Assembly: GCA_027355945.1 (NCBI GenBank)
Contig: DAIEHA010000006.1
Location: 1-56,958 of the forward strand
Direction: 5' to 3'
DNA length: 56,958 nt
DNA from: Candidatus Parcubacteria bacterium
GTDB taxonomy: Bacteria; Patescibacteriota; Minisyncoccia; UBA6257; 2-01-FULL-56-20
Every line of letters starts with the position of its first letter. Position 1 is the stretch's first letter. Below, piece by piece: positions 55,579-56,958 of the stretch. The notes under the pieces are model-generated. The model was not told the DNA's origin. It ran no database searches and saw only the letters and a program-made list of their open reading frames with translations. The position numbers and the translations under genes were made by a program.

Positions 55579-55614
55579 GATGCATGAGGCCCCTCCAAAG
55601 GGGCCTCATGCATC
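55579..55614. terminator. Perfect 16-bp hairpin between convergent genes
   Basis: GATGCATGAGGCCCCT-CCAA-AGGGGCCTCATGCATC; no U tract. Confidence 0.6.
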
Positions 55615-55623
55615 GCAGCGGCG

Positions 55624-56355
55624 TCATGTGGCCGCTTCCTTTTCGAATGTTTTCGCGATCGGGTCGAAATCGCCCTCCAATATCTTCTCGATATTGTGCC
55701 ATTTCTTGCCTATCCGATGATCCGTGATGCGATCGTCCGGGAAGTTGTACGTACGGATCTTTTCCGAACGATCCCCTGAACCTATCTGTTCGCGGCGCAT
55801 ATCGGTGATACTTCCGGTTGCCCTCAATTGCTCGATCTCATAGAGTTTCGCGCGGAGGACGTCCATCGCCTTTTCACGGTTCGCATACTGGGAACGTTCC
55901 TCCCGGGAGGCCACGACAATGCCGGTCGGCTTGTGAAGGATGCGTACCGCGGTCTCCACCTTGTTCACGTTCTGCCCTCCCGGGCCGCCGGCGCGGGAGA
56001 AGGTGACCTCGAGATCGCCGTCCGCAATGCGCACCTCCCTTGCCTCCACGATCGGAAGGATCGCAACCGATGCGGTCGAGGTGTGTACCCGGCCGGATTT
56101 TTCCGTTACAGGAATTCGTTGGACGCGATGCACGCCGGATTCGTTCCGGAACGCATCATAACACCCTTCCCCCCTTACCTCTGCAACGAGGTGCTTGTAG
56201 CCCTGGCCGTTATCATTTGCATCGAGTATGGAAAAGCTCCAGCCGCGTTTTGCGGAATACCGCTGATACATGCGCGCAAGATCGCCCACAAAAATGGACG
56301 CTTCGTCGCCTCCTGCGCCCGCGCGTATTTCCATGATGATCTTATTGGTGGTCAT
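55624..56355 (-). CDS. prfA: Peptide chain release factor 1, N-terminally shortened (243 aa)
   Basis: [25 protein letters not shown] (PxT = RF1), [22 protein letters not shown]. Confidence 0.9.
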   Translation of the reverse strand: MTTNKIIMEIRAGAGGDEASIFVGDLARMYQRYSAKRGWSFSILDANDNGQGYKHLVAEVRGEGCYDAFRNESGVHRVQRIPVTEKSGRVHTSTASVAILPIVEAREVRIADGDLEVTFSRAGGPGGQNVNKVETAVRILHKPTGIVVASREERSQYANREKAMDVLRAKLYEIEQLRATGSITDMRREQIGSGDRSEKIRTYNFPDDRITDHRIGKKWHNIEKILEGDFDPIAKTFEKEAAT

Positions 56356-56451
56356 AGACTGGACTATCCTAGCATATCGCAATGATTATGAAAAATTTGA
56401 ACACATGGGGGGGTCCTGAGCCTATGTGTGGAGTGGAAATAGTCGAACGAT

Positions 56452-56499
56452 AAAAAAAGGACCTTCTTCGCGCCGCGATTGCGGGCAATGAAGGTCCTT
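56452..56499 (-). terminator. Terminator of the partial gene upstream of prfA
   Basis: AAGGACCTTC...GAAGGTCCTT stem followed by a T run on the minus strand. Confidence 0.6.
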
Positions 56500-56513
56500 G
56501 GATAAATCTGTTG

Positions 56514-56958
56514 TCAATGAGCGTCTTTGTCCGGCGGGGGAAGTGCCGGTCCGGTTGCGGCCGCGCTTGCGCTCGCGCCGGAGTCGGACTTCGAGTTGCT
56601 GACGCTCGAGCTTGAACTCGAGCTCTTGCTCTGGCTCTGGCTTGCGCTTGAGCTCGAACTCGAGGCATTGCCGCCATCGGCCTTTGCGGTCACGTTGCCG
56701 GCGTTCGAAACGCTTGCACCCCCTCCCTGCTGGGAAACGTTGATGCCGGCGACGTTCTGATAGGCCATGCCCATCGAGAACCCCGTAGCATCGACCATGT
56801 GATCTAAAAGCTGCCACAGGTGGTCGTGCTTCAGATAGCCGGCCCTCATGTTCGTGAGGTTGGCATCCGCCGCCATCGCGTTTTTCCGCAATGGCAGAAG
56901 ACCTTCCTCCGTGGTTGCCTTCGCTTCCGTGAGTCTCGCATTCGCCCTGATCGCTTCG
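56514..56958 (-). CDS. 3' part of a hypothetical protein with Ser-rich tail (starts outside the window)
   Basis: Frame stays open to the window edge (EAIRANARLTEAKATTEEGLLPLRKN...); Ser-rich C-terminus. Confidence 0.6.
   Translation of the reverse strand, partial: EAIRANARLTEAKATTEEGLLPLRKNAMAADANLTNMRAGYLKHDHLWQLLDHMVDATGFSMGMAYQNVAGINVSQQGGGASVSNAGNVTAKADGGNASSSSSSASQSQSKSSSSSSSVSNSKSDSGASASAAATGPALPPPDKDAH

Noticed and set aside
56356-56513. Programmed frameshift or split gene supplying the missing RF1 N-terminus
   Set aside because: The interval is too short for about 110 codons, contains a terminator hairpin, and the upstream gene is an unrelated Ser-rich ORF.
1-56958. Alternative genetic code (UGA = Gly, as in Gracilibacteria and Absconditabacteria)
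   Set aside because: Conserved genes are full length under code 11 and several end at TGA in the expected place (mnmA, rplU, pgk, aspS-adjacent NUDIX).

Overview
A 57-kb chromosomal segment of a GC-rich bacterium, inferred to be Patescibacteria/CPR (Parcubacteria-like). The inference rests on shortened translation proteins, a stand-alone VirD4/TraD-like ATPase, PEGA, DUF192 and DUF5666-type genes, and many large low-complexity secreted proteins. Genetic code 11 fits (TGA is used as a stop). The first ~26 kb is a surface-protein-rich region that also carries a SET-domain gene, an MFS transporter, nrdAB and gap. The rest is mostly housekeeping: rpsP-khpA-efp-mnmA-HD-proS-mreBCD-mrdA-galT-rplU, pgk, DHH, RNase H, rnpB, mgtA/mgtC, aspS, ndk, NUDIX and prfA. 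I see no CRISPR array, transposase, integrase, rRNA or complete tRNA. Strongest observations: (1) an RF1 that lacks its whole N-terminal domain 1; (2) a class Ic (Mn/Fe, no tyrosyl radical) RNR R2 with a perfect DnaA box upstream of the nrdA promoter; (3) -10 boxes lying 6-8 nt before about 17 start codons, implying pervasive leaderless transcription, including two 21-24 bp divergent junctions; (4) an unannotated 53-aa protein with 47% Asp/Glu upstream of a SET methyltransferase gene; (5) two unannotated RNAs, a compact 6S-like RNA and an expanded RNase P RNA; (6) EF-P with Gln at the normally modified tip; (7) a Leu/Gln/Glu heptad module shared by four unrelated secreted proteins. All domain calls come from motif recognition by eye; no database search was run.
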